NCBI RefSeq assembly: GCF_001194135.2
Contig: NC_068985.1
Coordinates: 90,275,011-90,331,290, forward strand
Source: Octopus bimaculoides
Lineage: Eukaryota
Direction: 5' to 3'
DNA: 56,280 bases
Shown piece by piece: positions 21,573 to 34,614 of the stretch (the first letter of the stretch is position 1; each line of letters starts with the position of its first letter). The notes beneath the pieces were generated by a model, which was not told the origin of the DNA, searched no databases, and was given only the letters and a program-made list of their open reading frames with translations. The position numbers were made by a program, and so were the translations under genes.

Positions 21573-23714
21573 CAACGGTTTCATTTTTCAAATAGGCTAT
21601 ATTTCACTTTTTCCTATGTCTGTCATTTATCTGTATTTCAGCATTTCAACCTAAAATCTTTCCATCGTTGATATATTTTACATCTATTTATACGAAAAAT
21701 GTTTTCACTGATTTATACTTTTGGTACATTTACATGACAAGCCTGTAATCTAACGCAATTAACATTTTCTTTATTTTATTGTTTTCTAACATAATTTACG
21801 TGGTTTCTTTTCAGGTTCTTTTCAGTTATTTTTATTCATGTATTAAAGGGTTATCGTTGCAGTGTATTTTTACATCATGCTTTCTGCATATTAAATGGGT
21901 ATGGTCTGTTAATTTTCCTATCATGGTCTGTATTTACGTTTTTTAGTCAAGGTCATTTCTGAATGTAGCGAAGAGGGCCATTAAACCAGATTTATTACTT
22001 TTCATTCAAGTGTCTTCCACAATTTCCTTTTACGTAGAGCACCTCCAATAATATCAACACTGATGATTCACAAACATTTTTCTAGTTCTCATATATTCTC
22101 TGATCCGAACAATTGAAATTAACAATGCGTCTAAATGGCGTTCTAATGGTCGCTTCTGTCACCTGTTTTCCTCAACAAAATTGTAAATAATTATACAAGT
22201 GAATTTCTCGTCAATGAATATATAGGTAATATTATCGATGCTATGCATAAGAGAGAGTTGGCTTGGTAACCACGTGAAGATGTTTGATCAAATTGAGCGT
22301 AGTAGAGTTAGATAGAATACAAAACAGAACCAGATTTTCCTGTATAAACAGAAACCCGATGAAAATGTTTTCACATAAATTGTATATTGGCGATCTATCA
22401 TAATCTTATGGTTCGCAACGACTAAGTATACGATTTCGATACATGATTTCAGTAAATTAGAATGGTTTGCTAAAAGAACCATTTGCCTTGCATTGTGGAT
22501 TGAACACAAATTCACTGACAGATAAAGTTGGACAGCAGACGTATTCAGTTGAATTTACTAGTTGTTCTCTAAATGTCGAATATAGTGCAAGTAGAGTTTA
22601 GAACCAAGTCTTTATTCGATTTGTGTGGGAACAAGTGTTATTGATCGGTAAGTACCTTAACACATTAATCTATAATAAGATTTCAATATCACTGGAACAA
22701 TTCCTAATTTCCACACAGACCCTTTTTCTCTAAATACTCTTTTCACCAATTTCGATTCCTCTTGTTCACAGATTTCGCGTATGTAATTGTAGAAATGAAC
22801 AATGTAATTATGCAGATATACATCGGCCATTGCCTTCATTCTTAAAGTAGATGACCTTTATCTGCTGGGAACAATGCCGCAGCAACACGCAACTACGCCA
22901 ATACATTTAACTTCTCAATAATGTAAACGTAGAGTTGCAAAGTTTATTCTGAGGTGATTTCAAAGCTGATGACACATAAACTCTTGTTGTTTATTGACTA
23001 ACTTTGAGCTCCTGATTTAATTAACGAAGCAAATTACTTCTTGCCAAATAGATTAATGACAAACACAGTAATGTTCCTACTTTCATTTCTACTTTTAAAA
23101 TTCTGGTCCATTAATTTTCTCGGAAAAATAAATTATATTTGGTTATAAATATATTTTCTTTGCATAAATATGTCAATAATTAGCACATTAACTGAGGAAA
23201 TCATTTTAGAGTTTAATGTTCGTTTGTTGAAAATACCTGGTCATGAGTGTCTATATATTGAGCGAAATAAATTCACAAATATACGCAACGTGAAATCAAT
23301 TTAAAATAACAGGGCATCGCTAACATTACAAGTAACGATTTACTTTTATAAATAGAAAAATATAATAAAATTAAAATTCAACAATCAAAGGTGAAACATA
23401 ATTGCGAAAACTTTTAGCAACTTGTTCCGTGTTGTTTTCTATTATTTGGTGTCATTCTCATTTCTAGTGAAGAACACCGATGTTCATCTCCATTGATTTT
23501 CTTCAGCCCTTGATACGTTTAACTACGTTCCAGTGATATAAAGCGAATGGAATATCAATATTATTCTAACGAAAGGTAATGTTTCAAGTTAATGCCACTA
23601 AATTGTTTTCTATTTGATACTTAACATTATAATGCTTCTAAACTACAATGGAATTGAATCACGTAAGCATCAATGTCTAAGATGCTATTTCAGTAGTACT
23701 GCCATTAATCGAAT

Positions 23715-23882
23715 GTCAGTTACATCGACACTAGTAGTCACCTGGTATCTATTGTGTCTGCTTGGCAAAGACGAAAGACCAAGTCGATCATGGTGGAATT
23801 TGCACTCGGAATGTGAAGCCGGAAGAAATGCTGCTAAGCATTTTGTCCGTAGAGCTATCGATTCTGACCATTCACCATCTTC
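23715..23882 (-). mobile_element. SINE family A, degenerate
   Basis: CTGGTATCTATT...AAAGACCAAGTCGATCATGGTGGAATTTGCACTCGGAATG...CTAAGCATTTTGTCCG...GATTCTGACC. Confidence 0.8.
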
Positions 23883-24317
23883 GTAACGTTACTAACAGCT
23901 CTCTTTTTTTTTCAAGTGTTAATGCTTTCTTGATGCATTTATTGTTTATTAGTCATCACTTACATAACAACAAACAATAAGAAAACGTAATTTTACATCG
24001 TAGTTTAACGAGCTTCTCTTCAAAAACAACGATACTCATTCTTTAATCATGGCCAACATTAATGATTTCGTATATTTACAAACACGCACACACACACACA
24101 CATATATATATATATGTATATATATGCATATANNNNNNNNNNNNNNNNNNNNNNNNNNNNNNNNNNNNNNNNNNNNNNNNNNNNNNNNNNNNNNNNNNNN
24201 NNNNNNNNNNNNNNNNNNNNNNNNNNNNNNNNNNNNNNNNNNNNNNNNNNNNNNNNNNNNNNNNNNNNNNNNNNNNNNNNNNNNNNNNNNNNNNNNNNNN
24301 NNNNNNNNNNNNNNNNN

Positions 24318-24360
<43 letters not shown>

Positions 24361-25178
24361 ATAATAAATCTCTGAACGACGTATAGACAGTAGCTGCACG
24401 ACAACGTGAAGTATATATGCCACTTAAATGCGGCTAACCACTAAGGGTGAATGCTACTGTAGCTTGTATATGGTTATCAGTTTGTGTTGCAACATTCCTG
24501 ATGTGAAATCTAGTGTTCAAACCGATATTGTATTTCGGGATGGTCATAAATTTTGGCCAAATAAACACACGCACTATATATTTGTTCTTCACTCGTTTAT
24601 TCCTGTTCTTATTTTATTATTTCAACCCTTGTCCATTGTCCGAAAATCTTTCATTACATATATGTAACCTCATCAGCAGCCCTTTTCCTTCTCGTGTGTG
24701 ATCTGGCTCCATTTTCTGCATTCTTTTCTTCTAAGGTGTTTATTCCTATGCGCGCATGCGTTTGTGTCCTTGTCTGTGTGTATGTGTCTGTGTGTGTGCA
24801 TGCTTGAGTGTGTGCCATAGCTTTTAGCAGCAGTGTGGCCTTCACCTCAACAGCCCCATCCCCTTACCCTCCTAAGACCCGGAAGACATTGTACAGTTCC
24901 TCTTATCATCTGTGTTTGTGTGTTCGTCCACGTTGTTGCCGTCGTGGTAGTTGTTGTTGTTAGTATTGCTAACGTTGTCCGTTGTCACCGCCGCTACTGC
25001 TGTCGTTGTTAATCGTGTTGTTGGCATAGTTGTCGCCTTCCGTGAAATTTTGTGTGTGTGTGTGTTTGTGCGTGTGTATGTTTTATGTATCCATACAAAT
25101 AGTTTTACACATATATATATATATAGATTTATTTATTGATTGTAGCTATCTTTAAATCGCATATTTATCCCAGGAATG

Positions 25179-25244
<66 letters not shown>

Positions 25245-27559
25245 GTATATTTGTTTATTTANNNNNNNNNNATTTCATTTTTTCAACATCAACATATTAA
25301 TTGCTGACCTGTTGGTCTCACATTGCTTCCTCTTACAACAGTACAAGACGTTGAATATGAATCCATTTTTGTGTATGGAATATTTCAATTTTCAGCAACA
25401 TTCGAACCATGACGGTGTCGACAACTTCTCTCTCATATCTTATTCAGTAATAAATATACATAAGAGTCAAGCGATTTTAAGGTATTAGTGTAAAGTTTCA
25501 AAGATAATCTAGATAATTTTTCTTTTTCTTTTATAGTTATATAGACAGCCTGGTGTATATAGTCGTCTTATTTCGATCCGGCATATGTACATTTGTGATA
25601 TATAAGAGAACGTCTAAAATCTGAAATTGAAACAATAATATTCGAAACAAATTTTCAAACACTTCAAATACGTTGATGAGGTTTCTGAATTGTAAAGATG
25701 CCATTTTACTTGCGGTTTCTCAATTTAAGGAAAACCTTCAAAACACCAAAGTAATTTTAGAGCATGATTTCTTAGATAGGAGAGAGCACTTTCAATCATT
25801 TAGAAGTTATTCTCTGGGTATTCGCTAGTGATGAAAGCATAAAGACTTCAAGATACATATATTAATCCATAGAGGCCGCTTTGAAATTCTTCTACAATTC
25901 AATACTCTGCGTGCGCGCGATTTTATTCTCCATAGTACACCATCGTCGAAATAAGCTTTTTACGTGCCAAATATTTCACTACACTATTTCAAGACATCGA
26001 AAAGAGTATATTTAACAATTCTATTTCGATTCCCGACGATGTATTTCGCTGCCCCTTGCGCTGCATTTTATGCGTGTGTCAGAATCGTAGAGAGATATTT
26101 CCTAGAAACCTTTGTATCATATACGTTTGATATCTCATATGTATTTCACTGCAAACACCTACACATCAATTATATATTGGATTACTCTCTTAAAATATGT
26201 ATAATCAACAACAAATTGCTAAATACTTCGCTGTGAAACATGAAATATGTTACAAATATATAACAAATATTTTATCAAAATCATCTACGTAGGAATACAG
26301 AATAAGATTTTGCTAAATTATATAACAGATCTTGTCGGTTATTGGATGAAAATGCAATTAAAATGAAAAGATATTTAGTGCAAAATGAAGAATCTACGAA
26401 AAATTAATCTTCAAAATTTATAGTTAGTTTTATCTGTGAAAACAATATAAATATATATTTATAATTTACTTGAAGCCTTTTTTACTTAATGAATTAAACG
26501 ATTTAATATAGATTATTAGAAACGATTATTATAAACAATTAGAATAATTTCCGCCTAAAAAGAATGGACATTATTGAAAATCATTAGGTTTAATAAATTT
26601 AAGGTTATTACAGATTGCAAAATTCTATTCAATCCATAGTAATTTCAGATGAAGAGTATGCACATAGATTGTGGATCGATATATAATATATATACCTACA
26701 TATACATTCATATTNNNNNNNNNNNNNNNNNNNNNNNNNNNNNNNNNNNNNNNNNNNNNNNNNNNNNNNNNNNNNNNNNNNNNNNNNNNNNNNNNNNNNN
26801 NNNNNNNNNNNNNNNNNNNNNNNNNNNNNNNNNNNNNNNNNNNNNNNNNNNNNNNNNNNNNNNNNNNNNNNNNNNNNNNNNNNNNNNNNNNNNNNNNNNN
26901 NNNNNNNNNNNNNNNNNNNNNNNNNNNNNNNNNNNNNNNNNNNNNNNNNNNNNNNNNNNNNNNNNNNNNNNNNNNNNNNNNNNNNNNNNNNNNNNNNNNN
27001 NNNNNNNNNNNNNNNNNNNNNNNNNNNNNNNNNNNNNNNNNNNNNNNNNNNNNNNNNNNNNNNNNNNNNNNNNNNNNNNNNNNNNNNNNNNNNNNNNNNN
27101 NNNNNNNNNNNNNNNNNNNNNNNNNNNNNNNNNNNNNNNNNNNNNNNNNNNNNNNNNNNNNNNNNNNNNNNNNNNNNNNNNNNNNNNNNNNNNNNNNNNN
27201 NTTGTATGCCTGTTGTCCACAAACATATCAATTCAAACAATGTAAGGTGAGCAGGTAGAGAGCATTTCGAATATTTTTTTTGGTGGGGGGGGGTGATTGT
27301 AAACTTACACATGATGTATGTAATAATAGTGGTTGTTTGTCGTGGGCTTTGGGATGTGTGGTTTTGATTTGATTTTTTCTATTTTGTACAGGAATTCCTA
27401 GAAGTGAAATGAAAGATGTGTATGTCATATCGAAGGTGCGTCGAATGTATATGCATATATAAATATGTGTGTGTGTGTGTGTGTGTGTGTGTTTGATTGC
27501 ATGTATGTATATATCCATGTGTGTGTGTGTGTATGTGTGTGCCTTTGTGTCTGTGTTTG

Positions 27560-27660
27560 CTCCTCATCATTGCTTGACAACTGGTTTTGGTAATAGAAGC
27601 CTATTCAATAAGTATTAGGCGGTGCTCCAGCATGGCTGCAGCCAAATAACTGCAATAATT
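27560..27660 (+). mobile_element. SINE family B 3' fragment
   Basis: TGCTTGACAACTGG...AGGCGGTGCTCCAGCATGGCTGCAGCC. Confidence 0.75.
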
Positions 27661-27662
27661 GA

Positions 27663-28046
27663 AAGATTATATATATCTTTAGTTCATTCAAGAAGAACCC
27701 CCTATTCGAATGCACCATGATACCTCGAAACTTGACTTAAAAAGAGTTTAGATAATGCTATCATGTGGTGCTATTAAGTTAGACATGGACCTGACTAAAC
27801 TTTGGTCGAAACATATCTAAGTTTATCTACATATATATATATATATATATTTCAGTCACTTGACTTTCGCTACGGCCATGCTAGAGCACCGCTTTAGTCG
27901 AACAAATCGATACCAAGACTTATTTTTTGTAAGCCTAGTACTTATTCTACGTTCTACGGCTAAGTTACGGCTAAGATTATATATATCTTTAGTTCATTCA
28001 AGATGAACTCCCTATTCGAATGCACCATGATACCTCGAAACTTGAC
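27663..28046. repeat. 74-bp direct repeat (27663-27736 and 27973-28046, 2 substitutions)
   Basis: AAGATTATATATATCTTTAGTTCATTCAAGA...GATACCTCGAAACTTGAC occurs twice; the second copy ends at a gap. Confidence 0.92.
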
Positions 28047-28459
28047 NNNNNNNNNNNNNNNNNNNNNNNNNNNNNNNNNNNNNNNNNNNNNNNNNNNNNN
28101 NNNNNNNNNNNNNNNNNNNNNNNNNNNNNNNNNNNNNNNNNNNNNNNNNNNNNNNNNNNNNNNNNNNNNNNNNNNNNNNNNNNNNNNNNNNNNNNNNNNN
28201 NNNNNNNNNNNNNNNNNNNNNNNNNNNNNNNNNNNNNNNNNNNNNNNNNNNNNNNNNNNNNNNNNNNNNNNNNNNNNNNNNNNNNNNNNNNNNNNNNNNN
28301 NNNNNNNNNNNNNNNNNNNNNNNNNNNNNNNNNNNNNNNNNNNNNNNNNNNNNNNNNNNNNNNNNNNNNNNNNNNNNNNNNNNNNNNNNNNNNNAAAAAA
28401 AACAGCAGCCTCGGTTGTCAAGCAATGTTGGGGTGGGGCGAACCCACATAAACACACGA

Positions 28460-28520
<61 letters not shown>

Positions 28521-28676
28521 CACATATATGACGAGCTTCTTTCAATTTCCGTCTACCAAATCCACTCATAAGACATTGGTCGGCCGACACTTGCCCAGGT
28601 GGCCACCCAGTAGCTCTGAACTCGGAACCATGTGGTTAGTAAGCAAGCTACTTACCACACAGTCACGCCTGCACCT
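27850..28676 (-). mobile_element. SINE family B, interrupted by the duplicated segment and gap 28047-28394
   Basis: Tail at 27850-27972 (GGCCATGCTAGAGCACCGC, GCCTAGTACTTATTC). The body resumes after the gap (CGGTTGTCAAGC), then an internal (CA)n, then the head (CTTCTTTCAATTTCCGTCTACCAAATCCACTC...CTACTTACCACACAG). Confidence 0.8.
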
Positions 28677-30264
28677 CTTTATATTAACCTTTCCTCCGAA
28701 AATGTTGCTAGTATTATAAACGCCCGTAAAATTATTTGCCATAATTCAGTATAACATTATATTACATAACATAAAACATTGAAACGTATTGTTTTCGTTC
28801 TCTACGCTGAGATGTTTCAAATATTAAACTAACCATTTCGTTACTTGATAGAGTCGCAAATGTCTCCAATTTTATACTTTGCTGCCTAATACAATGTCGT
28901 ATATTTATGCCGACAAACGTCGCAACAACGATTGTGAAGGGAAAGGCATTACATACGTTATTAGACGCGCCATCTCACATAATCTAATTATATTGGAGAT
29001 TCAATCTGTGAAAACGTGGAAAGCTAGCAGAAAATAACAGGTGGGCTGACGCTATGGGGAACGGAAAAAAAAGGAAATATGCATCATTATCTGACTTTGC
29101 TTTGAGCCTCTCATACCGCTTACAGAGTTGTCAAATTTTACATTGTTCATTCTTACAGAAAAAAATTAATGAATAGGAAACAATATAGTTATTGAAATAC
29201 AGATTCTTGTCTTCTTTTTGTTTGGGAGATGACACACACAAAGCAATTGCGAAATGCAGAGGCAAGGTTAGTAAAAGGTTAGTCTTAAACAAATAAACCT
29301 TAACGAAAAATTGGATAAATATTGGAAGCTGGTATTTACTTGAATTTCGCAATTCTCAGTTTTTGTGGAACAGGTGCAGTTATAAGTGCAATCAATTATC
29401 ATGAGCAGCCTTCCTCGATATGTTTCTGATAAACAGTCACAGAAGGGATTTCTATTACGATTAAGGGCTTTTCAATTTTAATGAAACCAAACTTATGAAA
29501 TGAACGTTTTGAAAATAGCATTTTCCGAAAAAAAAAATAATAAGATGTCAATACGCAGTCATTCTGACGAGAAAACGTTTAATTTACAATTTTAAATTGA
29601 GTCACGTGTGTTATTTCTTGTAAAGACTGCTAGGAGGTTTACAGGCTATACCCGATATGCTTCTGCACTCCTTAGAAGAACACAGCTTGGAGCTCAACAT
29701 ATTTTCCGGATATTTTTTTTATTCCTAAACTTTCACTATCATAAAAATGTTTTATAAGTGAAAGACGCATTCTTTCAAAGATTTCTGTAATTTGACACCT
29801 TCAAACAATTCATAAGTTTTTTTTTAGAACTTCTACGCAAGTCATAGATATAACGATAAAATAGATGTTCATTGCCACATTTCGGAAAAAGGAATTAATA
29901 AAAGAAAAATGCCATTATGCTTAGAAAGTTGAAAACAAAAATGAAAGCACAATAGAAATATATGTTGACACATTGCGCAGTGAGGTAACAATACTAATGA
30001 AGGAAAATAGTGAATGTCCGTTGAGACACATTAAAATGGAGAATTAGAAGAGATGGAGAATTAAAAGAGATGGAGATATTAGAAGAGATAGAATTAGAAG
30101 AGATTACAGTCTGTGTGATGTAGTTGGCTTTCAAAGGATTATGCAGGTGAAATATTCTTATAGATATAATTTTTTAGTGTAGCTCAGTACAACACAATCT
30201 CTTTACCAAGTTATCTTTGTCTCCTTTCCCACAGGCAGACACACACACGATAACTTAAAACACA

Positions 30265-30482
30265 TATTTATTTATTTGTTGCCCACAGGAGACAAACAGG
30301 GACAGAAAAGTGTTTAAGTCGAGATCATCGAAACTAGTGCACCACTGGTACTTATTTAATCGACCCCGAAATGATGAAAAGCAAAGTCGACCCCGGCGGA
30401 GTTTGAACTCAGAACGTAACAGCAGTCGAAATACCGCTAAGTATTTCGCCGGCGTGCTAACGATTCTGCCAGCTCGCCGCCT
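30265..30482 (-). mobile_element. SINE family A with alternative tail
   Basis: CTGGTACTTATTTAATCGACCCCGAAA...TTTGAACTCAGAACG...GATTCTGCCAGCTCGCCGCCT. Confidence 0.93.
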
Positions 30483-31039
30483 AATATATACAGCCTCACA
30501 CACATTTACACACACCCATACACATATACGCTCATACATTCACGAAGTACACATCACTCTACACAATGCATGCACTAGTTTACTTATACACATACACATG
30601 CACGCTGCCATAGGCACACACAAGACCACATAATGTTTTAAGCTCGCACACACATACATTCGCTTCCGCTCGTCCCCGTTCACTGATACACACTCACGTA
30701 CAACATTTTTACACACATCACCGATGTTACCCACAACATCATCTACACCTCCTTCCCCATCGCCATCTCTAATGTCTTCATCAGCGTCATCGTTATCATC
30801 AGGTTTCGGAAGGTGTCCATGGGAACGTGAATTATCCCCATCTATGGGAGCCTTTTTGTCAGTTTTGTTGAGGCCCAGATGTTCTAATCGCACTAATTCA
30901 GCCGGCACACCGTTCTTTAAACCCCTTCTCGCAACCTTTTCCTCGGGGTCATTTCATCATGCTGAACCGTTTATCCTTACTCATATTCTTTCTTTCTCAT
31001 TTCCCCCTTTTTTTTTTCTTTAACTCTCCATGTTTTTCC

Positions 31040-31130
31040 TCTCAACTCTTTCTGTCGTAGAGCGTAGGATCGACACTCTTTTCCCTCTTTCTCGAGCGTC
31101 AAGCTAATACACTCGCTTGTTGACTCCTTA
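31040..31130 (+). mobile_element. Short dispersed repeat (copy 1), possibly a Penelope-type terminus
   Basis: Aligns with the reverse complement of 35107-35225 (AGAGCGTAGG..CGA...CGAGCGT.AA.CTAAT.CAC). Confidence 0.55.
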
Positions 31131-31471
31131 TTTATAATCAAAATGCAAGAAAAAAATAAAAATAAAGCACATTCACACAGTATCAAAACATTTACTGGGT
31201 ACAGACATATAACAAATATATAATATATTTCTAAATGTCCTACACAAACGCATATTGCAACATAAATAGCTCCAAGCAACCAGAGACACTTTCACATGGG
31301 AAAAATAACAAATATAAATTAACCAATGCAAACACACATAATACACACACAGTCTCATACATTTCACTCTCACACGCAACAGGAATAAATAAATAACACA
31401 AAAATCACATATATACGGGTGGATGTATATGTATGTATGTGTGTATGTATGTATGTAGGTAGGTAGGTAGG

Positions 31472-31509
<38 letters not shown>

Positions 31510-31695
31510 NNNNNNNNNNNNNNNNNNNNNNNNNNNNNNNNNNNNNNNNNNNNNNNNNNNNNNNNNNNNNNNNNNNNNNNNNNNNNNNNNNNNNNNNNNN
31601 NNNNNNNNNNNNNNNNNNNNNNNNNNNNNNNNNNNNNNNNNNNNNNNNNNNNNNNNNNNNNNNNNNNNNNNNNNNNNNNNNNNNNNTATATATAT

Positions 31696-31726
<31 letters not shown>

Positions 31727-32570
31727 TACATATGTATATATGAATAAATGTATTTCCATATGCATCTATATTATAATATATCTGTATATACGCACGAATC
31801 ATATATGCAGACACACAAAGAGACACACAGCTTTTGTATATATGTTGTTATTCCTCAGCGTCCTGTAACACATAGACCGATATATGAACCAGAAATAGTT
31901 AATGGCTTCCTTATGTACAACAACATATTTGTAGCCGATGTCCCAGAATTGCCATACTAAAATCAGTGAAACAGTGGTGAAAAAATACACACGTACAAAT
32001 AAACAGTACCCCCCTTACACACACACATACACACACTCACCAGTTTACATGAATCGAAACTTTTTTTTAATATATTTATGCACATATATGGATTATTGTC
32101 TGTAGGGCAGTAAATCTAATTGCGAGGGTGATATATTTTCGGCATTAATACACATTTACATGCGTGTTTATTTGTGTGAATATATCTTCTGGCAGGCCGG
32201 GCCAATGTGCAAGTAAGTGTATGTATTTATAAACTTACACATATATTTATAGCTATATAATTATATATAAGACTATTATTATTTTTCACTTATGAATTGT
32301 ACAATTTTACAAATGTGACGCTTCGTTTATTTAATGAAAGTACAGTATTTGATAAATGACTACACGAAAATTGTTCCGTCTACTTGACTTGTTATGTTCT
32401 GATATTCTTCAGAGATGGCCATTATTCAAAGTAGTTCCAAAACTTCCATCATTTATCATTTAAGTATCCATTCGAATAATTATCGTTTCAAATGTAGCTC
32501 AAAATAGAAAGTACTTAACTAATGAAACTGTAGAGATTTTACACCTGCGATATATAGATATACAAAAAGA

Positions 32571-32598
32571 GAGTGAGAGTGAGAGAGCGAGATAGAGA

Positions 32599-32653
<55 letters not shown>

Positions 32654-32662
32654 AGAGAAGGG
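32571..32662. repeat. (GA)n-rich tract
   Basis: Directly visible. Confidence 0.95.
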
Positions 32663-33345
32663 AGAGCAACAAGTATGTATTTGTGCTTATATACTTTATG
32701 CATACGTATATGCTAGAGTATATACATATATCTAATAGGCATGAGTGTTTGTGTGTGTGTCTATATATGGTTATGTATATGTCTGCCAGGACCTCATCGT
32801 TGGAAGCATGATAGTGATATTCATTGCCATATGTCTATATTCCACGCCGACATATACACAATTGTTTCAGTCTGTATCTATGATTTAAATAATTCATTTT
32901 AATATGTTAAGTGCTAAACATTTTTTTTATATTTTAGTATTGACGTCCATTACATTTAATATCAGGTACATCATATACTCTGGAAGTAAAGGCTCGTGGA
33001 AGGGAAATAATATATGCTTTTACTGCTGTATACTATTACCGTGTCCTTTCCATGTGTCCATAGATCATTTTTATGTTTGACTGTGTATAAAAATTCATTG
33101 TACGCCCCATTATTTTGAAACTGTTTTATCTGCAGTGGAGCAAATCGTTTGTAGTTATTTTACCGATCTCGAAAGTTTTTCAACTCGTTTCATACATCTA
33201 AGCAATTTATTTACTTATATACATATGTGTATGCATGCATAAATATGTACATACATATATATATATATACATATACACATACACACACACACACCCATAC
33301 ACACACACACACACTCACACACGCACACACACTCACACACACACA

Positions 33346-33387
<42 letters not shown>

Positions 33388-34614
33388 NNNNNNNNNNNNN
33401 NNNNNNNNNNNNNNNNNNNNNNNNNNNNNNNNNNNNNNNNNNNNNNNNNNNNNNNNNNATATATATATATATATATATACCGGCTGTATAAGCGATCAGT
33501 TCCTGTAAAGATATTTATATTCCATAAATCGTTGGCTGTGAAGTTTGTGTGAGACGTGACCACAACACGTGTGCCACTGAGGAAACCGTTCAAGTCAAAA
33601 CGGATTGACTTGGCTGTTGCAATGACTGCAGTAGACAGTTCTGGTATGTCAACAATATAAATACATCTGCGTTTGATCATCATTTTCGGCGTCTTAACAA
33701 AATGTCCACGTTAAGATCCATATCGATGTTAGTAATACTACTTTCAATATTCACTACTAGTATGTGTGTGGGGGCTTTTTACGACGTCAGACCCTCAGAA
33801 TACGCTGAACTTCTGTTTACTTGTGTGGTGCGATTCAACAGGTATGCGACTAGCGGTCACCTGCAATTAAGGAGCGCGGTCAGGATGGAATCATTATATA
33901 TCGCAAATCCGGTGCATGTAGTTTGCAGCGAAATAAATACACGCACTTTTGTACACCATGCATCGTATCACAGTTCTTTACAATATAGATAACGCCAATT
34001 GGTCATTCCAACGCCACATGCTTATTATATAGAATGCAATGACGCCCAATTTTGCCTTATCTATATTGAGAAGACCTATCATACAATGTTTACGTTTTCT
34101 ATATTGAGAAGATCTGTGATACTATACACACACGCATATTCTATGGATGTTCCATATTGATCCGTTTGTCTAATTGAGATACAATTCCATAATAGAAATC
34201 GCATGCTCAATATTCTGTCAGTGTTATGGGATTGAACTCGAAGACCAACAATTTCTAAACTTACGTAATAGAGTCAGAACTTCTTAGCCATATCTAATTT
34301 AATCATAACATTTAGAGAATAATATTATAGCAAATCATTAAACAAATTATTGATGAGTTTAGTATGAAAACTGATGATCACCAATAACAAATAATTTGTA
34401 AATAATATATAATGTTGACTTCGAAAGAAACATTTTCTGATATTTTCTGAAGGTATTTTATTAATGTATTTCATGGATTCCGAAAGTAATCATTTCTTCT
34501 ATGTCCCCAAGATATTCATCGTATTCATCTATCCTACGCAATTATACATTTGATTTACGTTGTAACTTAATCTAGTGCGACATAACATTATTACAAACCT
34601 CTTCACGAATTAAT

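Noticed and set aside
24635-24685. Minus-strand CTGATGA-G-GTTACATATATGTAAT-GAAA, hammerhead-like
   Set aside because: The core and a stem II are present, but I found no partner for stem I or a convincing stem III in type I or type III topology.
24850-25050. Minus-strand Asn/Thr-rich frame near a GG|GTAAGG donor
   Set aside because: It derives from a degenerate (AAC)n tract; the main frame stops before the donor and the acceptor lacks a pyrimidine tract.
30724-31023. ORF of 99 aa (+) and ORF 30540-30908 (-)
   Set aside because: Both are dominated by low-complexity TCA/CA-rich sequence, with no recognisable domain or splice context.
33477-33992. Possible decayed Tc1/mariner element, or ORF 33702-33992
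   Set aside because: Only vague hints (TAC.GGCTG start, VWG, ...TCGTA end); the ends are not inverted repeats and no motif series could be traced.
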